DNA of 64,000 bases from positions 51,888 to 115,887 of the forward strand of contig JAFAEO010000027.1 of the NCBI GenBank assembly GCA_023423975.1, written 5' to 3'. Under the pieces are notes generated by a model, which was not told where the DNA came from, did not search any database, and was given only the letters and a program-made list of their open reading frames with translations. The translations under genes and the position numbers were made by a program. The stretch is from Pseudomonadota bacterium (GTDB lineage: Bacteria > Pseudomonadota > Gammaproteobacteria > Burkholderiales > Burkholderiaceae_B). Numbering within the stretch: position 1 is the first letter of the stretch; each line of letters starts with the position of its first letter. Positions 43,361 to 53,916 of the stretch are shown one piece after another.

Positions 43361-44113
43361 ATGCAGATTCACTCAATGAAAAGAAAATTCCCCGTTTTAA
43401 TTGGATCCCTGGTATTGGCGGCGACGCTGGCCGGCTGCGGAACCTCTTCACGAGCACCGGTCTCTGAACTTGGCTCCGGCCGTTCGGCGGGCGGCCCTGC
43501 GGGTCCAGGCGAATATATCGTGCAGCGCGGCGATACGCTTTATAAAATTTCCCGCGCCAATAACGTCAGTGTTTCCCAGCTGATGTCACTGAATAAACTT
43601 TCTTCTCCGTCACTTGAGGTAGGCCAGCGGCTGCGTGTATCTACAAGCGCATCCTCCAGCCCGGCCGGCACAGATTCGAACGTCGCCGGCAGTGCAACAC
43701 CAACCGCAGCAGGCAGCGTATCGGCCGCGCCGGCCAGCGACGCCACTGCCGTGTCCTGGGGCTGGCCCGTGGCCACCACCAAGATCATTACCCAGTTCTC
43801 TGCAAGCACGCGCGGTATTGATATCGAAGGCAAGCTGGGTGATCCGGTTTCCGCTGCGGCATCCGGTTCAGTCTCATACGTAGGCAATGGCTTGCGCGGG
43901 CTGGGCAACCTGATTCTTATCTCCCACAGCAATGGCTTTATCTCGGCCTATGCCCACAACAGCAAGTTGCTGGTCAAGAATGGGCAGAAAGTGTCCAAAG
44001 GCCAGAAGATTGCTGAAGTCGGTCAATCGGATACATCATCACCACGCCTGCATTTTGAAATCCGCCGTCGTGGCCAGCCTGTCAATCCATTGTCTTACCT
44101 GCCACGCCGCTAA
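43361..44113 (+). CDS. nlpD: LysM + M23 lipoprotein (NlpD family)
   Basis: LAGC lipobox, YIVQRGDTLY LysM domain, GIDI, YAHN, LHFEIRR; follows surE-pcm. Confidence 0.9.
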   Translation: MQIHSMKRKFPVLIGSLVLAATLAGCGTSSRAPVSELGSGRSAGGPAGPGEYIVQRGDTLYKISRANNVSVSQLMSLNKLSSPSLEVGQRLRVSTSASSSPAGTDSNVAGSATPTAAGSVSAAPASDATAVSWGWPVATTKIITQFSASTRGIDIEGKLGDPVSAAASGSVSYVGNGLRGLGNLILISHSNGFISAYAHNSKLLVKNGQKVSKGQKIAEVGQSDTSSPRLHFEIRRRGQPVNPLSYLPRR

Positions 44114-44145
44114 GTGGCAAAACCCGTCTGAAAGTATTGCGCGCC

Positions 44146-44925
44146 ATGACTCCAACGCTTGTTTTCGATCTTGAAACCATCCCAGACGCCAAGGGCCTGC
44201 GCGCGTTGAATGACTGGGATGACACACTCTCGGATGCCGAAGTGGTCGAACGGGCCAGGGCGCTTCGCATTGAACAGACTGGCAATGATTTCTTTCCCCT
44301 GCATTTGCAGAAAATTGCCGTCATCGGTTGTGTATTTCGTGATGATAACGGCTTTCGTGTGCGCACGCTGGGTGAGCCGGACGATGACGAGGCCGTGCTC
44401 ATCGCCGGCTTCTTCAAGACCATTGAGCGCTATACGCCCAGGCTGGTGAGCTGGAACGGGTCGGGCTTTGACCTGCCTGTGCTGCATTATCGCTGCCTGA
44501 TCCACGGCCTGTCTGCGCCACGGTACTGGGATATGGGTGAAGATGACCGTGAATTCAAATATAACAATTACATCAGCCGCTATCACACTCGCCATATTGA
44601 CCTGATGGATCTGCTTGCCAAGTTCAATGGCCGCGCCAATGCGCCGCTGGATCAGCTGGCCAAGCTCTGCGGCTTTCCCGGAAAGCTGGGCATGGACGGC
44701 AGTCAGGTCTGGGATGCATGGCGCGACGGCAAGGCCGATGAAGTGCGTGCTTATTGCGAAACCGATGTGGTCAATACATGGCTGGTCTACTGCCGTTTCC
44801 GCCTGATGAAGGGCGAGCTGGACAAGACTGCCTATGAAGAAGAAGTTGCCCTGGTGCACAGCAGCCTGGCCGCCCTGAACAAGCCCCAATGGCAGGAATA
44901 CCTGACTGCCTGGGATTATCGCTAA
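44146..44925 (+). CDS. 3'-5' exonuclease (PolB exonuclease-like, DnaQ superfamily)
   Basis: VFDLET (ExoI), SWNGSGFDLPVL (ExoII), YCETDV (ExoIII). Confidence 0.9.
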   Translation: MTPTLVFDLETIPDAKGLRALNDWDDTLSDAEVVERARALRIEQTGNDFFPLHLQKIAVIGCVFRDDNGFRVRTLGEPDDDEAVLIAGFFKTIERYTPRLVSWNGSGFDLPVLHYRCLIHGLSAPRYWDMGEDDREFKYNNYISRYHTRHIDLMDLLAKFNGRANAPLDQLAKLCGFPGKLGMDGSQVWDAWRDGKADEVRAYCETDVVNTWLVYCRFRLMKGELDKTAYEEEVALVHSSLAALNKPQWQEYLTAWDYR

Positions 44926-45108
44926 CGCACTATTGCCGTAAATAGACATGGCAGGACGGGCCGCGGGAAAGCCGGGCCCTGCGCTTTAGGTAATGCATTG
45001 AAAGATCTGCACCGCTATTGAAACACACTTGTAATTGCTTGTGACCCAGAATGGGTACGTCACCGACATGCTTATGACGTCATCGACAGACTAAACAAGG
45101 AGTATAAA

Positions 45109-45834
45109 ATGGCTGTTCAATTTTCAGGTTCTTTCCTCGTCAAATCCCTTCTGGCCAGTGCGTTGTCCGCAGCGGTTGCCACCACTGCATTTGCGCAGAC
45201 GGTAAAGGCCGATACCGAATCCAATCCTATCAGCCCTTCCGTACAAAGTGAAAGCGCCAACATGGAATACCATCGCATTGGCGAGGCCAAGCCGCAGCAG
45301 GGCGTCAGAAAGCACCATAAAGGTGACGGCCACAAACACGGCTATCATCGCAAGGGCAATATGCGTCACGGGGCAATTGTGATCCCTGGCCTGGGTGCAG
45401 GCAGTCAAAAACTGGTTGATGACCTGAAACTGACCGACGAACAAAAAGCCACGCTCAAAACGATCAAGGACGAACATAAAGCTGCCCGCGAACCTAATCG
45501 CGAGGCATTCCGCAAATACCAGGAAGAACGGCGCAAGCAACTGGATTCCGGCAATGTTGATCCAAAAGCGCTGCTGGAAGCACAGAAAGACATGCATGAA
45601 GGCTTTGAGAAAAAAATGGCAGATGATCAGGCCAAATGGCTTGGCCTGTGGGACACATTTAGCGCCGAGCAGAAAGCAACTGTTGTTAAATACTTCAAGG
45701 AACGTTCTGCCAAATGGGAAGAGCATCGCAAGAAATTTCAACAGGAACGCGCAAAGATGACCGAAGAGCCAAAAACTGAGGCGAAAGCCGCCGCCAGTGA
45801 TAGCAAACCGGCACCAGCAGCACCAAAACAGTAA
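45109..45834 (+). CDS. Spy/CpxP-family periplasmic chaperone-like protein
   Basis: Signal peptide ending AFA; LKLTDEQK (LTxxQ) and FSAEQK motifs; helical, Lys/Glu-rich; RBS AAGGAG. Confidence 0.8.
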   Translation: MAVQFSGSFLVKSLLASALSAAVATTAFAQTVKADTESNPISPSVQSESANMEYHRIGEAKPQQGVRKHHKGDGHKHGYHRKGNMRHGAIVIPGLGAGSQKLVDDLKLTDEQKATLKTIKDEHKAAREPNREAFRKYQEERRKQLDSGNVDPKALLEAQKDMHEGFEKKMADDQAKWLGLWDTFSAEQKATVVKYFKERSAKWEEHRKKFQQERAKMTEEPKTEAKAAASDSKPAPAAPKQ

Positions 45835-45894
45835 ACGTTGCGCCTGTCGGGCCTGCCTTTCCGGGAAGTGAGGTAGAGCAGGGCAGCAAGACGT

Positions 45895-45925
45895 AGCCCG
45901 TCAGCACACGCTGGCGGGCTTTTTT
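45895..45925 (+). terminator. Intrinsic terminator
   Basis: AGCCCGTCAGC-ACAC-GCTGGCGGGCT-TTTTT. Confidence 0.75.
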
Positions 45926-46138
45926 GCGATTAGCGGACGCAGCGGTGAGCAAACCGGGCGCGACAGGCGGCGTTGTCTGCAGGGCCGAGCACATTCTGCC
46001 TTTAGTATGTCGCCCGCAGGCCATCTAAAGCAGAGCAGGCAGTGGTTTTACTAAGAATTGTTTTGCAATGTAGCCTTTTCCCGCCAACTTAGTTGGCAGG
46101 CTCATTAAAATAACGCCTTCAGAATATAAAGGTCAGCC

Positions 46139-47488
46139 ATGCAGGAAACATTTACCATCGAATCCCTTGATCTTGAAGCGCGCGGCATCGCCCGGCGCGA
46201 GGGCAAGGCCATTTTCGTTGAAGGCGCGTTGCCTGCAGAAAAGGTAAAGGCTGATATCGTTCGACGTAAACCTTCATACGAAATCGCCCGCATGACATCG
46301 GTCGTCAAGGAATCGAGTCAGCGAGTTATCCCGCGCTGCCCGAGTTTCGGCACCTGTGGCGGTTGCATCATGCAGCATCTGGATATCACCGCACAGGTAG
46401 CAATCAAGCAACGGGCGCTGGAAGACGGTTTCAGGCATATTGCCAAAATGACGATACCCAGGGTATTGCCGCCATTACAGGGGCCTGCCTGGGGCTACCG
46501 TTATCGCGCACGACTTTCTGTACGCAAGGTGGTCAAGAAGGGCAAAGTGCTGGTTGGGTTTCACGAACGCAAGAGCCGGTATGTGACCGACATGACTGAA
46601 TGCCATGTATTGCCGCCCTATGTTTCGGACATGCTGGTTCCCTTGCGTGAGCTCATTGGCAGCCTGAGTATTGACGACAAAATCCCGCAGATCGAAGTAG
46701 CCGTTGGTGAAGCCACGACTGCGCTGTTGCTGCGCCACCTGGAGCCGCTAACCGCTGCCGATATCGAACAGCTGGATGCCTTCTCGACACGTCATAACGT
46801 AGTGTGGTGGCTGCAATCGAAAGGACCCGATACCGTGAAGCCGTTGCATGAGGAACAGGCCGATTCGCTGTACTACCTATTGCCGCAGTTCGGGCTGAAA
46901 ATGCCGTATAAACCAACGGATTTCACCCAGGTCAATTATTTCATCAACCGCTCCCTGATTGCCAAGGCACTTAATCTGCTGGATGTTCAGGCCGATGAGC
47001 GGGTAGCAGACCTGTTCTGTGGTCTGGGCAACTTCACCTTGCCTCTGGCCACTGTGGCTCGTGAGGTAGTAGGGATCGAAGGCAGCAGCATACTTACGGA
47101 TCGCGCCTTGCAGGCGGCCAGCCAGCACGACTTGCAGGAGAAAACCAGTTTTGCTACGCTGAACCTGTTTGAGGTAGACGTGGCCTGGTTGCGCAACCTG
47201 GGGCACTTTGACCGTATGCTGATTGATCCGCCCAGAGAGGGTGCGCAGGCGGTAGCGCTTGCATTGGCACAACTTGAACCGCAAGAGCGTCCGACGAGAA
47301 TCGTTTACGTGTCCTGTAATCCGGCGACCCTGGCGCGGGATGCAGGTATTCTGGTGCACGAGGGTGGTTATAAATTAAGTGCTGCGGGCGTCGTAAATAT
47401 GTTTCCGCATACCGGGCATGTCGAATCCATTGCGGTATTCGAAAGTGGCGCAAACGACGTTACAGTGGCAAGCGCTGCGACTGCGTGA
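46139..47488 (+). CDS. rlmD: 23S rRNA (uracil-1939-C5)-methyltransferase
   Basis: TRAM domain, C-x5-CGGC Fe-S motif, FTQVN, DLFCGLGNF, DPPR, YVSCNPATLARD, MFPHTGHVE. Confidence 0.96.
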   Translation: MQETFTIESLDLEARGIARREGKAIFVEGALPAEKVKADIVRRKPSYEIARMTSVVKESSQRVIPRCPSFGTCGGCIMQHLDITAQVAIKQRALEDGFRHIAKMTIPRVLPPLQGPAWGYRYRARLSVRKVVKKGKVLVGFHERKSRYVTDMTECHVLPPYVSDMLVPLRELIGSLSIDDKIPQIEVAVGEATTALLLRHLEPLTAADIEQLDAFSTRHNVVWWLQSKGPDTVKPLHEEQADSLYYLLPQFGLKMPYKPTDFTQVNYFINRSLIAKALNLLDVQADERVADLFCGLGNFTLPLATVAREVVGIEGSSILTDRALQAASQHDLQEKTSFATLNLFEVDVAWLRNLGHFDRMLIDPPREGAQAVALALAQLEPQERPTRIVYVSCNPATLARDAGILVHEGGYKLSAAGVVNMFPHTGHVESIAVFESGANDVTVASAATA

Positions 47489-47739
47489 TGAGCTGCCGCC
47501 TCTGGCGCGTATACTCGCCGGTGGTTAAGGCTGTTGGCCAACCTGACCCAATACGACCGAGCAGAAAGGGTCAGACAATTAGGGGCAGGCCAACAAAGTT
47601 GAAGCCAACAAAATCAAGGATGAGAGCGTTGGGACGCTAAGGTCGCAAGGTGCGCGAAGTGCAGATTAATGGATACGCGTTCACTGCAAAGCGCTGGCCG
47701 TGACCGATTTCACATATCGGCCGGTAGCACGTAATAATG

Positions 47740-47783
47740 AAAAAGACGGCGCCCGCCAAAAACCGGTACGCCGTCTTTTTTTT
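47740..47783. terminator. Bidirectional terminator between rlmD and argH
   Basis: AAAAAGACGGCG...CGCCGTCTTTTTTTT. Confidence 0.7.
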
Positions 47784-47801
47784 ATCAGGGTCTAATGCAG
47801 A

Positions 47802-49214
47802 TCAGGCCAATTCGGCCAGCACGCGTTCGGCTTCGGCCTTGACACGGGCCGGCGCAGTGCCGCCGATATGTGCGCGTGATGAGACTGATCCTTCCAGGGT
47901 AAGCACGCTAAATACATCGCTGTCAATCGATGCATTGAACTTGCGCATCTCTTCCAGCGTCAGATCGGCCAGATCGCACTGTTGCTCTTCGCAATGGCGT
48001 ACAGCCAGGGCTACGGTTTCGTGCGCGTCACGAAAGGGCAGTCCTTTCTTGACCAGATAGTCGGCCAGGTCGGTGGCGGTGGAAAAACCCATCAGGGCAG
48101 CGTCGCGCATGGCCTGTTTGCGCACCCGGATGCCGCCGATCATGTCGGCAAATATCGTCAAGGTGTCGCGCAAGGTATCGGCCGAATCAAACAGGCCTTC
48201 TTTATCTTCCTGGTTGTCCTTGTTGTAGGCCAGAGGCTGGCCTTTCATCAGCGTTAGCAGGCCAATCAGATTGCCGTTGACCCGGCCGGTCTTGCCGCGC
48301 GCCAGTTCCGGCACATCAGGGTTTTTCTTTTGCGGCATGATCGAGCTGCCGGTGCAGAAACGGTCTGCCAGATCAATAAAGCCAATGCGCGGACTCATCC
48401 ATAGGATCAGCTCTTCAGACAGCCTGGAAATATGGGTCATAACCAGAGAAACAGCGGCGCAAAATTCGATGGCAAAATCGCGATCGGATACGGCATCCAG
48501 CGAGTTGCGGCAGACGCTGTCAAAGCCCAGCAGCGTGGCAACCTGCTCGCGATCGATAGGGTAGGAGGTACCGGCCAGCGCAGCTGCACCCAAAGGCAGG
48601 CGGTTGCAGCGCTTGCGGCAATCAGCCAGGCGCTCGGCATCCCGGGCAAACATTTCGGCATAGGCCAGCAGATGGTGGCCGAAAGTAACCGGCTGGGCTA
48701 CCTGCAGATGCGTAAAGCCGGGCATGATCGTGTCGTGATGTTCCAGGGCCACTTGCGCCAGGGCACGACGCAGCGCGGTGATCAGTTCCAGTGACACGTC
48801 AATTTCCGAACGCAGCCACAGGCGGATGTCCGTTGCCACCTGGTCATTGCGTGAGCGACCGGTATGCAGGCGCTTGCCGGCGTCGCCGATGAGCTCAACC
48901 AGGCGCTTTTCGATATTAAGGTGCACGTCTTCGAGGTCCAGCAGCCAGGTAAACGTACCTGCGTCAATTTCCTGAAGAATCTGCTGCATACCCTTGTCGA
49001 TGGCGGCCAGATCGTCGGCCGAGATGACGCCTGTTGCGGCCAGCATGGTCGCGTGGGCCAGCGACCCCTGAATGTCAAAACGGGCCAATCGCTTGTCAAA
49101 ATCGACCGAGGCAGTGTAGCGCTTGACCAGTTCGGATACGGGTTCAGAGAAACGGGCCGACCAGGCCTGGGCTTTTTTGTCGAATTGATTGGTTGGGTTG
49201 GGGCTGTCTGTCAT
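47802..49214 (-). CDS. argH: Argininosuccinate lyase
   Basis: [48 protein letters not shown]. Confidence 0.99.
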   Translation of the reverse strand: MTDSPNPTNQFDKKAQAWSARFSEPVSELVKRYTASVDFDKRLARFDIQGSLAHATMLAATGVISADDLAAIDKGMQQILQEIDAGTFTWLLDLEDVHLNIEKRLVELIGDAGKRLHTGRSRNDQVATDIRLWLRSEIDVSLELITALRRALAQVALEHHDTIMPGFTHLQVAQPVTFGHHLLAYAEMFARDAERLADCRKRCNRLPLGAAALAGTSYPIDREQVATLLGFDSVCRNSLDAVSDRDFAIEFCAAVSLVMTHISRLSEELILWMSPRIGFIDLADRFCTGSSIMPQKKNPDVPELARGKTGRVNGNLIGLLTLMKGQPLAYNKDNQEDKEGLFDSADTLRDTLTIFADMIGGIRVRKQAMRDAALMGFSTATDLADYLVKKGLPFRDAHETVALAVRHCEEQQCDLADLTLEEMRKFNASIDSDVFSVLTLEGSVSSRAHIGGTAPARVKAEAERVLAELA

Positions 49215-49329
49215 AGTATGTGCTGATCTGTCCAATGTCGGTATTTTGCATTAATCAGCGGTATTTTAGACGCTCATTTCAGATGCTTGTGTGATAATCG
49301 GTGGTTTGCAAAAGAAACAGAGCGGGATA

Positions 49330-50988
49330 ATGGAACCATCGGTCAGTGTCGCATTTGCACAAATCAATCAAAAGGTCGGAGATCTGGCCGGCAATGCCGC
49401 ACGCATTGTCCAGGCCGCTGCATTGGCTCACGAGCAGGGGCATGACGTCCTGCTGTTGCCCGAACTGGCGCTTACCGGCTATGCGCCTGAAGACTTGCTT
49501 CTGCGCTGTCAGTTTCTTGCGGACCAGCAGGCAGCGGTGCTGTCCCTGCAGGAAGCATTGTCGCGGTTTCAGGACTTGCATGTGGTGCTGGGACACGTTG
49601 TCAGTACAGACAAGGGGACCTTCAATGCAGCCAGTGTATTGCTCAATGGCGATAATCTGGGCACGTACCTGAAGCAGGAGTTGCCCAATTATTCCGTATT
49701 TGATGAAAAACGCTATTTTACGACAGGGCGCAAGCCGCTGGTATTTACCGTCAGGGATCATACCTTCGGCGTGACTATTTGCGAAGACGTGTGGTTTGCC
49801 AGCGCCGCCACGACGGCGCGGCAGGCTGGGGCAGATACGCTGCTGATCCTGAACGCCTCGCCCTATATGGTGCGCAAGCACGAAACCCGGCTTGCCGTGG
49901 TGCGCAGGAACGTTTGTGATGCCGGCATGGGCGCCATTTACTGCAATCTGGTGGGCGGGCAGGACGAACTGGTTTTCGATGGGCACTCTTTCGTGATTGA
50001 CCGACAAGGCGACATCGTAACCGAGCTCAATAGTTTCTGTGAGGCCATGGGGCGCATTCAAGTCTCATCAGGACAGCTTCAGGCTCTGCCGTCCTTACCT
50101 TTCGGCGCGGATCAGTCGGTGCCCCTGCTAATCCAGGAAAATGAGGCGGCCGAAGCCGAAATCTGGCGTGCATTGGTCATGGGTACGCGCGACTACCTGG
50201 GCAAGAATTTCTTTGGAAAAGCCGTGATTGGCCTGTCCGGCGGCATTGATTCAGCCGTGGTCCTGGCCATTGCGGTTGATGCTATTGGGGCAGAGAATCT
50301 GCATGCGGTCATGATGCCGTCGCGCTTTACTGCCGATATTTCGGTCAATGACGCACAGGACATGGCGCAACGTTTGGCCGTGCGCTACGACGAAATCGCC
50401 ATTTCACCCATGTTCAACAGTTACCTGGAGGCGCTGGCACCCATTTTCGGCGATTTGCCCCAGGATACGACCGAAGAGAATTTGCAGGCGCGGATTCGCG
50501 GTGCCTTGCTGATGGCCTTGTCCAACAAGTTCAATGCCATCGTGCTAACTACCGGCAACAAGTCAGAACTGGCCACGGGCTATTGCACACTATACGGCGA
50601 CATGGTCGGCGGCTATGCACCCTTGAAAGATATTCCCAAAACGCTGGTGTACCGCCTGGCGAGCTGGCGCAATACGCAGTCTGCGATCATTCCGGAGCGT
50701 ATCATCACGCGGCCGCCTTCTGCCGAGTTGCGTGAAGACCAGACTGACCAGGATAGCCTTCCCGAATATGAGGTGCTGGACACCATCCTGGAGCATCTGA
50801 TGGAACACAACGATTCGGTGGAAGCCATCGTCAATACCGGTCTGGCGCGTGAAGATGTTGAAAAAGTGGCTCGATTGCTGCGAATCAATGAATACAAGCG
50901 ACGCCAGGGGTCTCCGGGGCCGAAAATCACTACCCGGGCTTTTGGTCGCGACTGGCGCTTCCCGATCACGAACGGTTATCGATTCTAG
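49330..50988 (+). CDS. nadE: Glutamine-dependent NAD+ synthetase
   Basis: Nitrilase-like domain (PELALTGY.PED, ICEDVW) plus synthetase domain (LSGGIDS, ENLQARIR, TGNKSE, YKRRQ). Confidence 0.97.
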   Translation: MEPSVSVAFAQINQKVGDLAGNAARIVQAAALAHEQGHDVLLLPELALTGYAPEDLLLRCQFLADQQAAVLSLQEALSRFQDLHVVLGHVVSTDKGTFNAASVLLNGDNLGTYLKQELPNYSVFDEKRYFTTGRKPLVFTVRDHTFGVTICEDVWFASAATTARQAGADTLLILNASPYMVRKHETRLAVVRRNVCDAGMGAIYCNLVGGQDELVFDGHSFVIDRQGDIVTELNSFCEAMGRIQVSSGQLQALPSLPFGADQSVPLLIQENEAAEAEIWRALVMGTRDYLGKNFFGKAVIGLSGGIDSAVVLAIAVDAIGAENLHAVMMPSRFTADISVNDAQDMAQRLAVRYDEIAISPMFNSYLEALAPIFGDLPQDTTEENLQARIRGALLMALSNKFNAIVLTTGNKSELATGYCTLYGDMVGGYAPLKDIPKTLVYRLASWRNTQSAIIPERIITRPPSAELREDQTDQDSLPEYEVLDTILEHLMEHNDSVEAIVNTGLAREDVEKVARLLRINEYKRRQGSPGPKITTRAFGRDWRFPITNGYRF

Positions 50989-51001
50989 GCTGCATTATTA
51001 A

Positions 51002-51403
<402 letters not shown>

Positions 51404-51605
51404 TCCAGCGACAAGCCTATTGCTTCGGCACGATAGCGACAAACGCTGCGTTTTTGCACATAGTATTTGGCACGGCAACCATCACCGCAGGTGGTTTACA
51501 GGTGTTGGTGGATCCCGCTACACCCCATGCATTCCACCGTTCTTTGCCAAATCCAAGGTTATCCTCTGCGAAAGAGGCCGGGATGTGACCCGGCCGCTGG
51601 CCAGG

Positions 51606-52175
51606 TCAGGCCCTTGGATGCTTGAGCAATTGCGACCAGAAGGCCGGTAAAAAGCATTCGGTCACCTGCAGCGGCTGGCCATTTTTCCAGAACACGGAGC
51701 GGCGGGTGGGCAACCTGGACGGTGATGGGGAGGGCAATTGGCCGGCGCGCACCACGGCTTTAAATATTGGCATTGGCGATTTTGCTATGCAGGACTCGAA
51801 CACTGATCGTACAATAGCCGGATCATGATACAGAATATCGGCCAGTGGCCGTGTGCGTAGCCGACGCACTGCCTGCCATACCGATTGGGCGGCATCCAGC
51901 GGCGTGATGCTGCGCGCGATTACCGCAGGCGTGCCGTCAATAGACATGCAGATCTCTCGTACCCACACAACCGTATTGGCTGCTTTTCTGATGGTACGCG
52001 CCTCATCCGTGCTAACCACTTCAGCAAATTCGCCGACCACCTGGATGCGCACTTCGCCTTGTCTGCGCAAACCCTGAGTGAGCGGCCCGGGGCGGGACAG
52101 CCAATATTTCTGGACAGGATCAAGTTTAGGCGGCGGCCGGCTCAGCCAGCCAGGTGAATAAGGTTCATGCTTCAT
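51606..52175 (-). CDS. ubiC: Chorismate pyruvate-lyase
   Basis: WL..PGPLT..LR, WVREI, VIARS, RPLADILY, RRSVF, L.VTECFLP. Confidence 0.88.
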   Translation of the reverse strand: MKHEPYSPGWLSRPPPKLDPVQKYWLSRPGPLTQGLRRQGEVRIQVVGEFAEVVSTDEARTIRKAANTVVWVREICMSIDGTPAVIARSITPLDAAQSVWQAVRRLRTRPLADILYHDPAIVRSVFESCIAKSPMPIFKAVVRAGQLPSPSPSRLPTRRSVFWKNGQPLQVTECFLPAFWSQLLKHPRA

Positions 52176-52301
52176 GGGTCGCGGGATGTGAGAGCCTGCA
52201 GATAAATCGTGGTCTTGTAAAACCACGCTCAAACAGAAACGTCCGGTGCGTCCGGACAAAGAAACACACTATAGCAAATTTGCGTAAGCAAACGGAATCA
52301 A

Positions 52302-53027
52302 ATGGAAAAGACAAGAATATCAAAACTGCTTGCAGAACGAGGACTGTGTTCCCGTCGTGAAGCCGACGCTTACATTGAACGCGGCTGGGTACGCGTTGAT
52401 GGAAAGGTCGCCACCCTGGGCGAGAAGGCATTTCCCAATCAGTCCATTACACTGGACAAGTCTGCCCAGGCGCGACAGACAGCCCGGGTCACCATCATCA
52501 TGAACAAACCGGTGGGCTACGTTTCGGGTCAGGCTGAAGAGGGCTATCGGCCCGCGGTAACGCTGATCACGCCCGATCGGCAGTATGATCGTGACAAGCA
52601 TACTTTCAATCCCTCACATTTAAGAGGGCTGGCGCCGGCCGGCAGGCTGGATATCGACTCACAAGGCTTGCTGGTTCTCACCCAGGATGGACGTATTGCC
52701 AGGCAACTGATCGGTGAAGACTCCGAAGTGGAAAAAGAATACCTGGTCCGCGTTGAAGGTAAAATCAGCGGCAACGGACTGCAATTGCTTAGCCACGGAC
52801 TATCCCTTGATGGCGATGTACTGCGTCCGGCGCAAGTAAGCTGGCAAAACGACGACCAGCTCAAGTTCATTTTGCAGGAAGGCAAGAAACGGCAAATTCG
52901 TCGCATGTGCCAAATGGTGGGTCTGAATGTGATCGGTTTGAAACGCGTCCGTATGGGCAATGTAACGCTGGCGGATCTGCCTCCGGGCAAATGGCGCTAC
53001 CTTAAAAGCCATGAACGCTTTTTGTGA
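52302..53027 (+). CDS. rRNA pseudouridine synthase (RsuA/RluF family, S4 domain)
   Basis: CSRREAD S4 domain, NKPVGY, GRLDIDS catalytic motif, [16 protein letters not shown]. Confidence 0.93.
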   Translation: MEKTRISKLLAERGLCSRREADAYIERGWVRVDGKVATLGEKAFPNQSITLDKSAQARQTARVTIIMNKPVGYVSGQAEEGYRPAVTLITPDRQYDRDKHTFNPSHLRGLAPAGRLDIDSQGLLVLTQDGRIARQLIGEDSEVEKEYLVRVEGKISGNGLQLLSHGLSLDGDVLRPAQVSWQNDDQLKFILQEGKKRQIRRMCQMVGLNVIGLKRVRMGNVTLADLPPGKWRYLKSHERFL

Positions 53028-53113
53028 TTGAGTGGGATAAGTGTCCATGCGAATTTTCAACAATATCTTATAATGGCGCCATAAGTCTTTCATCAGAATC
53101 AAGGAAACCGATC

Positions 53114-53686
53114 ATGCACATCAAAAGAGGGGCACTTTTTGTCGCAATCGCTGCTACGCTGACCCTGGCAGGCTGTGACACTATGGATCACTTGCTCAAG
53201 AATCGCTCTGGCGGCACACGAGTCAGTGATGTGCCGACGACGCCGCCGCCTTCATCCGGTCGGTCTCCGGCAACAACAGCTTCAACGCCGCCGGCGCCGT
53301 CAAATTCGGTTGCTTCATCGTCGCTTATCATGTACATCGCATCACGCACGCCAATGCAAGGTTATACGGCTGTGCGCCAGAATGGCGTGCTTGTGCATGT
53401 TGATCCGACCCAGACGCTGACCCGCAACGATTTGCAGAACGCCGTGGCTACCCGCAACAGTGCCGGCAAGGCTTTTGTGAAACTTGAGTTTTCCCCATCG
53501 GGCAGCCAGCGACTGGCCAGTCTGACCAGCAACAATATTGGCAAGAGCTTTGCGGTAACGCAGAAAAATCGCCTTGTATCGATCATCAATATCGGTAAAC
53601 CCATTACGTCGGGCGTGCTGTATGTGCCGATGTCCAGTGAACAGGCAGCCACCACCTTCGAAGACCAGATTCTGGATGGCGAGTAG
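53114..53686 (+). CDS. Lipoprotein with SecDF P1-head-like domain
   Basis: LAGC lipobox, Pro/Ser/Thr linker, VKLEFSPSGSQRLASLTSNNIGK..AV....LVS...I..PITSG. Confidence 0.7.
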   Translation: MHIKRGALFVAIAATLTLAGCDTMDHLLKNRSGGTRVSDVPTTPPPSSGRSPATTASTPPAPSNSVASSSLIMYIASRTPMQGYTAVRQNGVLVHVDPTQTLTRNDLQNAVATRNSAGKAFVKLEFSPSGSQRLASLTSNNIGKSFAVTQKNRLVSIINIGKPITSGVLYVPMSSEQAATTFEDQILDGE

Positions 53687-53916
53687 TAAAGCTGGTGTCA
53701 CTTAAAGTGAGTGGTACTGCGAGCATTGAAAGCCAGCAGGGAGACAGGCAATGTCTTGTCATAATTCCGGCACCGTATCTTGATCGCAGCAGTATGAAGC
53801 GCAGCATGGACGCTGTGTGGTACGTAGTCGGTGACACGATGTCCCTGGCTGGTAAATGAACATCCGGCCTTTTTTTCATTTTGCGATTACCAGGCTATCG
53901 CGGCCTGAGGGCCTCG

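Noticed and set aside
53026..53037. GATTGAGTGGGA, a 12-bp direct copy of the guaA 3' end (26251-26262), as a possible attR
   Set aside because: The 27 kb between the copies holds core genes (tadA, tsaD, plsY, argH, nadE), so it cannot be an excisable island; a 12-bp match can arise by chance.
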